A DNA stretch of 64,000 nucleotides from Balamuthia mandrillaris (Eukaryota). Position 1 is the first letter of the stretch. Every line of letters begins with the position of its first letter. Shown one piece after another: positions 52,832 through 64,000 of this stretch. The stretch is taken from positions 310,001-374,000 of the forward strand of contig JAVKOQ020000016.1 in NCBI GenBank assembly GCA_031835245.2, written 5' to 3'. The notes beneath the pieces are model-generated. The model did no database searches, was not told where the DNA came from, and was given only the letters and a program-made list of their open reading frames with translations. Made by a program: the position numbers and the translations under genes.

Positions 52832-54905
52832 TCAAGTATCTGAAGAATCCACAAGCATACTGTACTCTGCAGTGGACGAGTAGGAATCCTCCTCTGTAAA
52901 GTTCACTGCCCCAAATGCAGCCCTGAAGCGAGCATTCTTTCTCCTCTGCCACACCACCACCCCCACGATCGTACTTGCCACAACACACACTGCCACGCCC
53001 ACACTCGCCGCTACAATTATCACCATCTTCAAATTCACATGGCCGTCATCATCTTTGGTGGTATCCACAAGCACCTGCACGTCCGGGTCGTATTCCACTA
53101 GCTTACCCAATGGCAGGTGGATGAACAACCAAACGCCTCCTTCATCTTCTCCCGTCATGGGCTCGAACCGTGCGTACCCTTCTCGTTCCTCTCCATCCAC
53201 CAAAGAGATGTGCAGCAGTCCCACCATCAGTCGTGTATTCTTTGTCGTGAATGTTGTGGAGTTTCGGTTTGTCTCTCCGCCATCACTCTCATCATCACTC
53301 TCGCCGTTGCTTTCCTCCTTAAGGTTGAGGGTTGGTGGGAGAGCGAGATCGGTGAAGTTCAAAGGACCATCCCAACTCGTAACATTCACCTTAACTTCCA
53401 GAGGCAAGCTCGGTTCTCCATCCTCCCTGGCCATGATTTGGCTTTGCTGGGTCATAGGCCAGCCGAGAATGGAGAGACTCCATTTGTTGTACCCTGCTAG
53501 CACTGTGAAGTTCTCGCTGCCAAAGGTGAACCACGTGTCCTGCTCCACCACGTTGAAGTTCCAATGCACTTCCACCTGCTTCTCTTCTCCCAAAGCCACA
53601 TGAAACTCTGCCGTGTTGTTGTCAGGATAGCTGGCATTGTAGCCAGAAGTTTTTGGGAAGGTAAATGTTCGCACAACCTCGCCATTCTTGTCTCTTTCCG
53701 TGATGCTGTGAAAGTGGAACCCAACTCGTTGAGAGATGTGCACCGCCTCATGCTTCTTTGGGACAAGTTGAACGTGAGGAGTGTTGTCAGGGAACACGCT
53801 GGCAGTCGGAGCATCCTTTGGATCGATGGAAGGAGAGTTCGTGTCAATGGTCACAAGACAGGTGGTGTGCTCTTTGGAGAGAGGCAGCAGCTGAAGCTCA
53901 TCTTTCCAATCTGCGATACTCAACGTCATAACCAGCTTGCTGCCAATCTTCGCTCGGTTCACCACAGAAGCAAGCAATGCGATGGTGATGTTCGCTTGGT
54001 TGCCTTGAAGATGTACCTCCTCACCAGAGAGAATGGTGATTTCTTGGCCAATCGTTGCTCCAACCACAGTGATGTTGAGCTTCAATCGAAGATCGTTTGT
54101 TGAGGGTCCGACGGATGGGAAGAGAGTAAGCGGGACGTTGATGACGAAGGGGGTGGGCGATTCTAAAGAGAGGTTAGTGGCGAAGGTAGGTTGAGCAAAG
54201 CCCAACAGAGGAGGCAAGAAGAGGGCCAATGGAAGGCCATTCTTCATCGCTGACGTTCGCAGAAAGACGGCAGGATCCGTGTCACCATTCAAAGTGAAGT
54301 TCAATTGGGAAGTCTCTGCATTCCAGTTTAATGTTTGGTGTGGCACACCTTGCCACTCTCCCTAAAAGAGGTGTTAAGGAGGGACCATTGAAGAAAGGTA
54401 AACGAACGGATTACAAGAAGAACAAGAAAGAACAAGAAACCAGCAAAATAGCAAAACGAAAGGATGACATACCAGAGGGTCACCAGAATTAGTGTCCAAA
54501 GGCAAATACCAAAGCGTTGGCTTTGTTGCGGATTCCAACAACTTCTTGCAGTCCTCTCTAGCGCTCAGGTCGTATGACACGTTCATTGTTGGGGCATATG
54601 TAGGCGTTTCGGCAAAAAAGATCTCGTGAGGAACAGCACAAGCCATTTGTTGCAGCATAACAGGAGGGTACGGTCGGCTGTAAATCACGGTACCTTCGCC
54701 ATAGATGGCCAGACCAACCACATGTGAAGAGGAGAAGGTGCCGTTGCGAAAGACCGAAGAGAAATCTGTAAAGCCAACTTCAGGAAGTCCGTTCGGCTCA
54801 ATTCGTTGCTTGATGGGTGCTCCAAGCCTGTTGAACAGCATTGAGGCAAGGGAATGAAGGTAAGGAAATTATTTCTCCGTTTATGGAGCGAAGAGCTCGA
54901 AAGAG

Positions 54906-54955
<50 letters not shown>

Positions 54956-55701
54956 ACCTTGACGCCAATATTTCTTCTCGGTGTGGCGTGATAGATGAAA
55001 GTTGATGCTGCGGATCAAGCCAAAAGTTGTGACCAAACTGCATATAGGTAAACATGGAAAGGCTTGCGCCTGTCCACAAAGGCTCTCGGAACAACAGGTT
55101 ATTGCCTTGAATGTTCAAACTTTGCCATTTCGGCCAGTTTAAGTTTTTGAAGGGTGGTAAAGTCACCCAGTTGCCACGAAAGATCAGGCTTCCTGAAGCG
55201 CTGCTGGGAATGCTGAGGCCTCCATCCTTCCAAAAGTTGTTGTAGACAAGGAGAGTCCAAGCGAATGCCTCAGGGCTTTGGAGGATAACATCGCCTCCTA
55301 TTTCGTTGCCGATCAACTTCAATTGCCCGTTCTCGGGAAGGCTCAACTGCAAGCCACGAGGCATGAAGACGTTCACCAAGGAAGCCACTGCTTTGGCCTG
55401 ATGCATGGTGATGGACAAAAATCCTTTGGGAGAGGCGCCACCGCCTACACTGCTGCCCGCTCCACCGAGGTAGATGCTGGTGGACCATGTGTCGATGGTG
55501 ATGTTGGTCTCATGAAAGAGAAACTTGCAGGAGTTCAGGTGCAAGGCCTGTCCTTTGGTTTGAAGGATAGTCAACGGCAAAAAACGAGAGCCTGAGTCAT
55601 CGGTGAACTCGATGCCCTGTTGACATTCTTGTCAGCAACCGTGCTCAAAGACAGCAAGACCAGGAAAAGAAACAGAGAAAAAATAGGAAGAGAGAGAGAG
55701 A

Positions 55702-55742
<41 letters not shown>

Positions 55743-56172
55743 AAGAGAGAAAGCACGTACATCAAACAGAATGTTTCCGTAAGGATAGTCAAATTGAAGG
55801 GAGCCCGTTTCATTGAGATAGAAAACGAACACCACTCGCTCGCCGGGGACTTGTGCTTGAAAGGAGATCCACAAGTTGTGCAATAAGAGCCCGGGAGGCA
55901 CTCTGTACTCTCCCTCCTGCACGTGCACTGTAACGTGCTCGCTATCTCCCACGGCTTCTGGCAGCTCCGCCAAGGAGGGCACGCAGTCCGAGCCTTTGTG
56001 GCACAGGGTGACTGCTATCGGCTCTCCTGCGACCAGCAGCAGAAGCGACGTGCTGACAACCGTCTGGAGTTTGTAGGTTCAGTCAGAGAGAGCGGAAGCA
56101 AAGAGACCAAAACGATGCGAACAAAACGGCAGAAGAAGTACCAACCACCAAGAAAAACGCCACGGAGACCAT
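52832..56172 (-). CDS. Large type I membrane surface protein: signal peptide, beta-helix-like region, ComC-like beta-sandwich, TM helix
   Basis: Spliced signal MVSVAFFLV|TVVSTSLLLLVAG, repeated I.GN motifs, ITERDKNG.VV..KWSLSILGWP..EYDPDVQVL, then a TM helix followed by QRRK. Confidence 0.7.
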
Positions 56173-56482
56173 GGTATGGACTTCCGTCAGTGAAGCGCCT
56201 TACTTTCCTCCTTCTTGTCAACCCTTATGCCCCTGATTCCATTGTCAAGCCAACGACCCACCACCACCTGCACTTCATTTACAAGGCACGAGGCTATTAT
56301 AGGACCATTTTGACCGAAAACCGTTGCGCGGTCTGGATTCGCTAATCTAGAATTGATCTCACCTTTGATAATTACGGATGACGTGGTTATTTTCTATTTT
56401 TGGAAATCGTGACCTCACATGCCAAGTACAAAAAAAAAAGCCACAAGAAAGCACACATACAGGCTTTGATGTTGTGCCTTCG

Positions 56483-59302
56483 ATGAGAGCGACGGGGTAT
56501 CCATCTTTTGGGAGCTATGCCTCCTTGGAGCTGACAGGCATCCCTCACGATGAGACGCGTTCGAGCGAGCTGGTAGCCGCCCTCGCCCAGCAGTTCTTTA
56601 CGAGGAAGAGCGTGCAGCACAAGCCCCTCGTCCCCGCAGAGAGCGAGGACGACGACGCCGGCCCTTCCTCCTTTCAGCAGCGATGCCAGGACCTCCATCG
56701 GTTGCTGGAACGTACGTAGTCAAGATCGTTGTGCTCTACGTTCTCTCTCTTTGCCCACCCCTTCTCTTCCTTTGTTGTTGGAGTTCTAATGCTGAGAAGA
56801 ACGAAAAGGTGCTTCATTGGGGTACGAGCAGTTCCAGGCAGCTTTGGAGGAGGAGTTTGAACGGCTGGAAACGCGGTATCTCTGCAGGGACTGGGACAAG
56901 ATCAACCTCATGGTGGAGGCCAACAGCCCAAAGCACGAAAGAGAGAGGGAAGCAGCAGAGGGAGCTGTGGGTGAAGTAGATAAAGCGGAAGAACGAGAAC
57001 GGGTGGAACATGACGGAGCGAAAAAAGAACAGGAAAGAGACGCGCCGTCAAACGATGGCGAAGAAGAGAAGGAACAACGCATAAAAGAGAAGGTAAAGGA
57101 ACCAGAGTCAAAGAAAAAGAGACGCTCTCGGGACGACATCAAGTGCATGTGGAGGCTGACGGAAGAGAACCAGGACCGGCTGCTCTCCCGTCACAGGATA
57201 GTGTTTTTGTGCTTCTTTGCTCCTTATTGTCCTTATTGCGTTGAAATGGCAGACGAATTTGAGTGCCTTGCTGAGGTTAGTTCTTCTCTCTCTTTTTATT
57301 CTTCTTGTTTTTTATTCTCCTTCTTCTCCTCCTCCTCCTCCTCCTCCTCCTTCATCTTCATCTTCATCTTCATCTTCATCATCATCATCATCATCATCAT
57401 CATCTTCTTCTTCTTCTGTTACTCTGTTAATTCCTACAATCTTCCTAATGGGTTCCTTATATAGTGGCTACAACAACCAGAACAGAAAAGGATGGATGCT
57501 ATATGTTGTGTCGCCGATGGCACAACAGACCACAAACTTGCTGCAACCTACTGCGCCACCAGTTTTCCTTCGTTAATCTTATTCAGGTGCTATTCTGCTC
57601 TCTCTTTTTGTTTCTATGTCTTTGTTCCTTATCTCCGTTTGTGTTAGAAATGGAAAGCTTGTATCACGGTATCCTCAAAACGCAAAACGAACAGCTGAAG
57701 CCTTTCTCAACTTCATTCAACAGTAACTCTCGATTCTACCTCCTACTTGCTTGTTCTCGCACTTGCTAATTCATTATTGCTTGGCTGAATAGGGAAGAAC
57801 AGGACAGTAAAGCTTCTGCTCATGATAAAGCAGAGGAACTTTGGAAGATGGCCTTGGAAAGATGGCGCATCTATAAACTGCACAAAGAATTGCAACCAAA
57901 GAGACAAGAAAGAGTTAGTCACTTGATGATAGAGGTATTCTTTAGTTGTTTCCTTAGCTTATTAATTTTTCGTTCTTACACTCTCCCACGCTCCTTCTTC
58001 TTTCATAATGACCAGGCATTGAAGTGTCACGATGAAGAATCCTGTTCACGTATCCGTCGGCCATTGGGGCCAGAACACCCACCGCCTACCATCTTCTTTT
58101 TAGGAGGAGGGATGGGAGCTGGCAAGACCACGGTTTTGCAACAAACCTTAGCTAAGACGCCATTCTTAGAAGCATATGGCTCTCAAGTTGTGACGTAAGT
58201 ACACGGTCAGTCATCAATTGCGGTTTCTCTTTCGTTGACATTCTCCATATCTTTGTATGGTCTCTCCTGCCCTATTCTACTTTTCCTTCTTTACTATACC
58301 ATAGAGTACAAGCTGATACGTTTAAGGAGAACGACCCTATCTATAAAGCCCTTAAACGGCGGGATGGACATAACTATTATTCTGCAGGAGCGGTTGTGCA
58401 TGAGTGGTCCACGCAGACTGCTGAAGAGCTTTTCTTGTCTGCTGTGTTGGCACGGAGAGATATCATCTTTGATGGGACGATGACTTGGAAGCCTTTCGTG
58501 GAACAATGTGTGGCCATGGTGAGAGATAACCAACATGTCTACAAGCGAGGACCAGGGATTGTTCTGAACGACGATGGAAAAGGTGACCATGCTTTTCCTC
58601 CTCCACCTTGGTTTTTTATTTTTATTATTTTTATTTTTTTTTTTTTCCTTACGTGCTGCCTCTTGAAGTGATCAAAGAGCAGTATTGGGAGATTGTGTCT
58701 TCGTGCTCTGAGATGATACCTTACCGTATCGAGGCGGTGGCTGTTGCTGTTTACCCTCACATCGCCACCAAACGAGGTACCGGTCTTTGTTTGCTTGCTT
58801 CAGCATTTTCCATCCTCTTTGTAGACTGAATGCATACCTGCCTTCGTTAACAGCTATCCTACGTCGTTTTCGTGATGGAAGAGACGTTCCTTTCCAACGA
58901 CAACTTCGTTCCCACAAGCTGTTTTGCGCCAACTTTGCGGACTATTTATCCCTGTTCGACTCTGCATCACTCTACGAGAACAACGGAGCCACTCCTCACC
59001 TCATTGCAAGAAAAGACGCCAAAGACGGACCTGCGCTTTGGACCAGCGACGAGGCGTGGCCTTGGTTTCGGGATGTGAAACACATCAACACGGAAGCCAC
59101 CAACATAAAACAGCTCTATTGGTTGGAAGAAGAAGAAAACAAAGGGTGCGGAGAGGAGAAGAAAGAAACAGAAAAGGGAAGCATGGACAGACCAGAGTTT
59201 TGGAGGGAGGTGTGCAAGGAAGCCTTGAGCGAAGATGTGCCCTCCGAACGACGACAACAACTTTATCAGCTGCTGGGCACTGAACTAAGTCACGCAAAAT
59301 AG
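56483..59302 (+). CDS. Zeta-toxin-fold P-loop kinase related to plant calmodulin-dependent NAD kinase (NADKc), with an inserted thioredoxin domain
   Basis: GGGMGAGKTT, ADTFKE.D.IY.AL, VHEWST..A, RDIIFDGTM.W.PFVEQ.VAM.R, PYRIE and QLRSHK.F. Thioredoxin exon FFAPYCPYC (about 57215-57240). Confidence 0.8.
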
Positions 59303-59564
59303 CGACAGGGAGATGCAACGGAACACTACTAACACTCCGCGCAAACTCCGACACTTTCAAAGAAAAATAGAACAATAGTGTTATTCCCTCTCTCTCTGCC
59401 GACCCAAAATAACAAAAGAGAACGAGTCTCGTGGGAGAAGAAAAAGACCAGTAACGTGCAAGAAAAGTTTGAAGGGAAAAGGTTGTCTATGTTCAAAACT
59501 TACAACACAACATCAGCGTAACAATAAATAAATAAGTTGGAGAGTTTGGTGTAGTTTTTTGTCT

Positions 59565-59765
59565 TTAGAAGAGGAAAGACTTGAGGATGGCAGCAGGGCT
59601 TCCGTCCTCCTCGCTGTCCTCGCTGTTGGAAACGCTGTCGCTGTCGGGGAAGCTGCCGTCGTCGCTGCCGTCAAAGCCGGAGCTCTCGCTGGATTGGGCC
59701 TGAGCGAAGGCGAAGAACAGGGCGATGAGGGCCAAGACGAAGAATAGGGCAGTGGTGAACTTCAT
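59565..59765 (-). CDS. Small secreted acidic peptide (66 aa)
   Basis: Signal peptide MKFTTALFFVLALIALFFAFAQA followed by a Ser/Asp-rich tail. C-ending codon bias and AAAATG start context. Confidence 0.7.
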   Translation of the reverse strand: MKFTTALFFVLALIALFFAFAQAQSSESSGFDGSDDGSFPDSDSVSNSEDSEEDGSPAAILKSFLF

Positions 59766-60201
59766 TTTATGTGTGTGTAGTAAGGCGGTAAAAGAGTTTT
59801 TGTTTTTGTTGTTGTTATAGAAGAAGTGAATAAAAAGCCTGGGAAAGGATTTAAATAGTTGGGAGGGGAAAGGACAGAAATGGCGGGGAACAGTTCGTTA
59901 GGCAGGGCAATTCTGGGCTTTTTCTTGAAGCTCTGGTAATTAATTTATCCGAAAATGACCCGATTGGATGTAATATATCTATTTCTTGTTATGGAGTTTT
60001 CGTGGCCGTTCCTCATTGGCGTGCACTTGCATTTATTTTTGGTGCATGCCTTTTTTCGCTTTTGGTTATATAGCGATATTAAGGACGAAGGCAGGTGCGT
60101 TGCGTTTGTTGTGATCACAAGCATAACAGAGATTGACAAGAAGGAAATGTACAGATAGCGGAGTTGCGGAGAGATAGAGGATGGAGAGGGAGGAAGGGAG
60201 G

Positions 60202-60249
<48 letters not shown>

Positions 60250-60275
60250 AAGAATCGTGATGGCGAGAGATTTTG

Positions 60276-60503
60276 CTAAGAGGGAAAGAAACTCCGTTTG
60301 GGAGGGACGCTTTGAGGCACAAGCCCGTTTTGTTTGAGCCGGCGATACGCCTCTCGAAGATGACGTGGTCGTATTGGGCCGATGTCTTGCCACTCGTCCA
60401 TCACGGTCCGCGCTGTTGTTGGTACATTTTATCAGAACATAGTAATAAATAATGTAGAGACAAAAGAGAAGAGAAAAGAGAAGCAGATTAGTGATGACAC
60501 AGT

Positions 60504-60537
<34 letters not shown>

Positions 60538-60612
60538 GGAGAATGAATGAGAGAAGAGGACGGGTTGAGAGAACGCTGAACAATAGAGCGATGATAGTGA
60601 TGACACAGTGGA

Positions 60613-60655
<43 letters not shown>

Positions 60656-61752
60656 TGAATGAACGAATGAGAGAAGAGGACGGATTGAGAGAATGCTGAA
60701 CAGTAGAGCGATAATAGTGCGATAAAGAGAAGAGTTGATTCCTGACCTGTTTCAACCAGCTCGCCAACGAATATCTTGGCAACGCCGGACATTACAATGG
60801 CTGACTTGAGACTGGCATTCCCTCCTGACACGTTGTTCATCAACTGAATATTATCGTTATGGAACGAATAGCAGGAACAGGCACAGTAACACCTGATTAG
60901 ATAATACAGCAGCAAGAAGAGAGCAAGAAAAAAAAAGAACACACGCAAAAAAGGAGGTAACTTACCCTTCGAACGGTATTCTTGCTGAAGCCAGAGCGGC
61001 GGTACACTTCATATCGGTCTTTTTGCTCCTCATTAAACTGATCCATCAGTAACCTGAAAAGAAAACAACAGAAGTGTGAGTGAAGTGAAGAGGAACGCAC
61101 AAACAGCAAAAAAGAAGGAAACCAACTTGACTGTTTCTTTGGCGACACGCTGTCTCTCTGCTTCATCCTCGCTGCTCTCACTTTCCTCCTCTTCCTCGTC
61201 CTCTTCCTCTTCCTCGTCCTCTTCTTCATCCTCGTCCTCGCCTTCTCCCTCGTCCTCGCCTTCCCCGTCCTCCTCCTCGTTGACCTTCCTTTTCTTGGCG
61301 CCTTTCTCCCCTCCCCCTTCCTCCTCTTCCTCCTCCTCTTCCTCATCGTCCTCATCATCAAAAAGATGTTTTCTTTTTCGCTGCGTTTGCTTTTTTCTCT
61401 GTGCGGTGCCGCCCGTCTTCTTCTTTGCTGGTGCTTTGCTTGTAGTAGAGGTGGAGGCGGAGGTGATGGAAGCCACTGTCGGAGCTGCCTCTGGAGCTAC
61501 ACTTGCAGAAGAAGAAGCGCTTGCGCTGATGGGGGAAGAAGAAGCTGCCTCTGAATTACCGCTGCTGGAGGAACTTCCCGCTCCGCCTCGGCCACCTCCT
61601 CCCCGCCCTCTGCCACGCCCTCGCCCACGGCCCCGTTTGGGAGGTTCGGAGCCATCCTCTCGCTTCCGCTTGGGTTTTGGCGGCTCCAAAGGGTTCTTCC
61701 TCGGTCTTCCTCTCGGGGCTGGCGTTTTGAAAGGCAAGCCTAAGCCATCCAT
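60276..61752 (-). CDS. TAF11: TFIID subunit 11 with AT-hook/GR-rich and acidic N-terminal extension
   Basis: [48 protein letters not shown]...[15 protein letters not shown]. Confidence 0.92.
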
Positions 61753-61796
61753 CTTCTTCCTCTTCTTCTTCCTTCTTTCTTTCTTGCCACGGAAGC

Positions 61797-61885
61797 TGAC
61801 GTCAGAAAGGCGGGATATGATGTCAGCATCGAGCTGATGTCACCCTGGGAAGACCGCTGACGTCAGAAGATAGCCCATGACGTCA
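61797..61885. promoter_or_regulatory. Array of five CRE/ATF-like sites in a bidirectional promoter
   Basis: TGACGTCA at 61797, 61858 and 61878; TGATGTCA at 61818 and 61835. Confidence 0.7.
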
Positions 61886-61964
61886 GCAGAGACCTGACTG
61901 CTTGCTGCTGACCTATCGCTCACAGCAGCCAAAAAAAAAAGTAGCGACCGCAAAGAAGTGTAAC

Positions 61965-63828
61965 ATGGCGGAGGAGCCAAAGGAATTGCCCAAGAACGAC
62001 CGAACAGCTGATCTTTCCACGGTGTGGAAGGAGGTTAACGAATGGGCCAACACAAAGTATGTCTTTTACCCCGCTTGGCTTTATTTTATCCATTTTGTTT
62101 TGTTCCAAATGACAAAAAAAACCTCAGTGAGCAACTTTTTGTCTCACAAAAAAATCACCTCTCGTTTTCACTGCCCTGAAGCCAAAACTCGTTGAGTTTG
62201 GCAGACAGGAACTCAGTGTCGCAATGTAGAGTGAGCACACTCCAGGGTACGGTGGTTGGAGGAGTCATAGGGTCTGGCTTAGGCTATATGTTGACTCGAA
62301 GTGCGTCCCTCTTACTCTTTTGCATTAGATAGGAAGCGAGCTTGAAGGCTCACCCCCTTTTTCTTTTTTCAATTTTTTCCAGCCTTTGAAAAGCCAAACA
62401 CTGCTGGTATGATGCAGCCTCCACCTTCTCTTTTCAGCTGATTTTTTTCGCTAACATGGCCCGTTTAGACGTGGCGCCTGGTGCTACTAAACGTCCTTTA
62501 GCCACCGCTTTAAACATGTTTATTACCCTTGCTGGTACTTTTAAGCTTCTCGCCTCTGCGCGCTCTCTTCCTCTCTTCCTCTCTATTCTTTCTCTCTCTC
62601 TCTCTCTATCCGCATAATTATTTCCGTCCGCCCCAGAAAGTAAAATGGGACCGGAACTATAAGCGTTATGCAAAAGTGAATTTCTCTTCTTACCAGAAGA
62701 AATGGCGAACAGGCTCCTCATTGAAAGAGGGTAACGAACAGCGTCATTGCTATTCTTTACTCCACAAGAGCTCTTCCCACAATTCTCTCGCTCTCTCTCT
62801 CTTCCTTTTATACCCTTTCTTCCCGATGCTTGTGCTTAATGCTTTTGTAAGTGTTTGGGTACAGCGGCATGTCATTGGGTAGCGACATCGCGAAACGGTC
62901 TTGTATACTTAAGTTTGCAGCATTACCGACTCCCTTAGGCCAGCGTACTCGCCAAATGTGCGTTATTTCTCTTTTTTTTTTTTTTTGTTCTCCATTGCTA
63001 ACATCTTAGACTGTTGTATTACTTGCGGCATTAACCAGATGTATGGACCATCGCTTGCCTCTTCCAATGTAAGCATAAACCTCCTCCCCCACGCTTCTCT
63101 CTCCTCTCCCCTCTCCCTCAGTATGACGTATTCACGTTCAGTGATTTCGCAGTATGCCAAAACCTCAGAGCCCAGTAGGAACTGAGGGCAGAGGAAGCTT
63201 TGAGCTTTCTGCAGAGGAACCGCCAACCTACGACGAGCCAACCTATACGCACGACGAGCCCACTCCCGTTCCTCGTGCGGCTAGCTCTCCGGGTTATACT
63301 CCTCGCCAGGAGGAGGAAGAAATGAGGACTCCTTCCTCAGATACCTACGACTATAGCGGCAAGGAGGGAGATGATTGGTTCCAGCGCAGGGGCACAGAGA
63401 AGGAAATCGCTACTGCGCGAGGAGACGAGGAGCCTTATGAGGCCGAGGCTGCTGCTCCTCCGCTAGCAACGCGCGCTCAGCGACATCGACGAATGGAGCG
63501 CCATCCTCCAAGAGAGAGAGCCGCTGCGCGAAGGCATGATGACCACCAGTACGAGTATGATATTGAAGAGGAGGAGGAGTTCCGAGAAGGGGAGGATGAG
63601 CTTGAGGCAAGGGAAAGGAGGAGGCGGCTGCGTCGGCGGAGACGGGAGCGTGGGCACAGAAGAAGAGCAAAACCCGGCGAGGTCGAGGACATCGAATCTT
63701 ACCCTGGGCCAGAGGCTGAGTTTTACTACGGGGATCAACCTTCCCTGAAGGAAAGCACCGCCCCACCCAAACGGCGCGTGAGGACCAACGAGTATGGCGA
63801 CGTGCTTGAGGTTGGCACTCGTCCCTGA
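61965..63828 (+). CDS. Hypothetical multi-exon protein with an N-terminal Gly-rich hydrophobic segment and a charged C-terminal region
   Basis: MAEEPKELPK.., spliced GTVVGGVIGSGLGYML exon, and a 224-aa terminal exon ORF. Confidence 0.55.
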
Positions 63829-64000
63829 TGAGAGTCCCTTGCAAAAGTGCTGCAGGCCTTTCTTTTGTCGACACTCACAAGTAGATCTGAGGGGTCGTTG
63901 TTAAAATTTGTGTAAAAAGAAAAATGTTAATCAAAGACTCCTCAGGCTTTCCTTCATTCTTCCTTTTTTTTCTTTTCTCTTTTTTCTTCTTCGCTGTTTG

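Noticed and set aside
58080..59100. Zeta toxin as a toxin-antitoxin system
   Set aside because: Intron-containing eukaryotic gene whose motifs fit the NADKc kinase subfamily; no antitoxin is evident.

Overview
Gene-dense eukaryotic genomic DNA with short GT-AG introns, many filled with pyrimidine microsatellites. Gene content and style suggest a free-living amoebozoan such as Balamuthia (inference, not verified). Manual splicing gives about 28 loci, including housekeeping genes (PSMB7, LSM2, TAF11, RidA, Usp, a sterol desaturase-family enzyme, a CBS protein). The standout is a tandem pair of genes encoding the soluble-guanylate-cyclase sensor module (H-NOX plus H-NOB-associated PAS) fused to a RasGAP domain in place of the cyclase, i.e. 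a candidate NO/gas-regulated Ras switch. Other unusual architectures: a beta-hydroxyacid dehydrogenase-phosphonatase-like fusion, a plant-type NADKc kinase with an inserted CxxC thioredoxin, an Hsp110-like protein lacking SBD-beta but carrying a carboxylate-clamp TPR, and a BAR-5-phosphatase-C2-PH protein. There is also a patch of decayed genes (SWIM, lysyl oxidase, LOTUS-EXD1), an inverted glycosyltransferase pair with gene-conversion tracts, and a five-site CRE array. Family assignments come from remembered motifs, not database searches. Multi-exon coordinates are gene spans read by eye.
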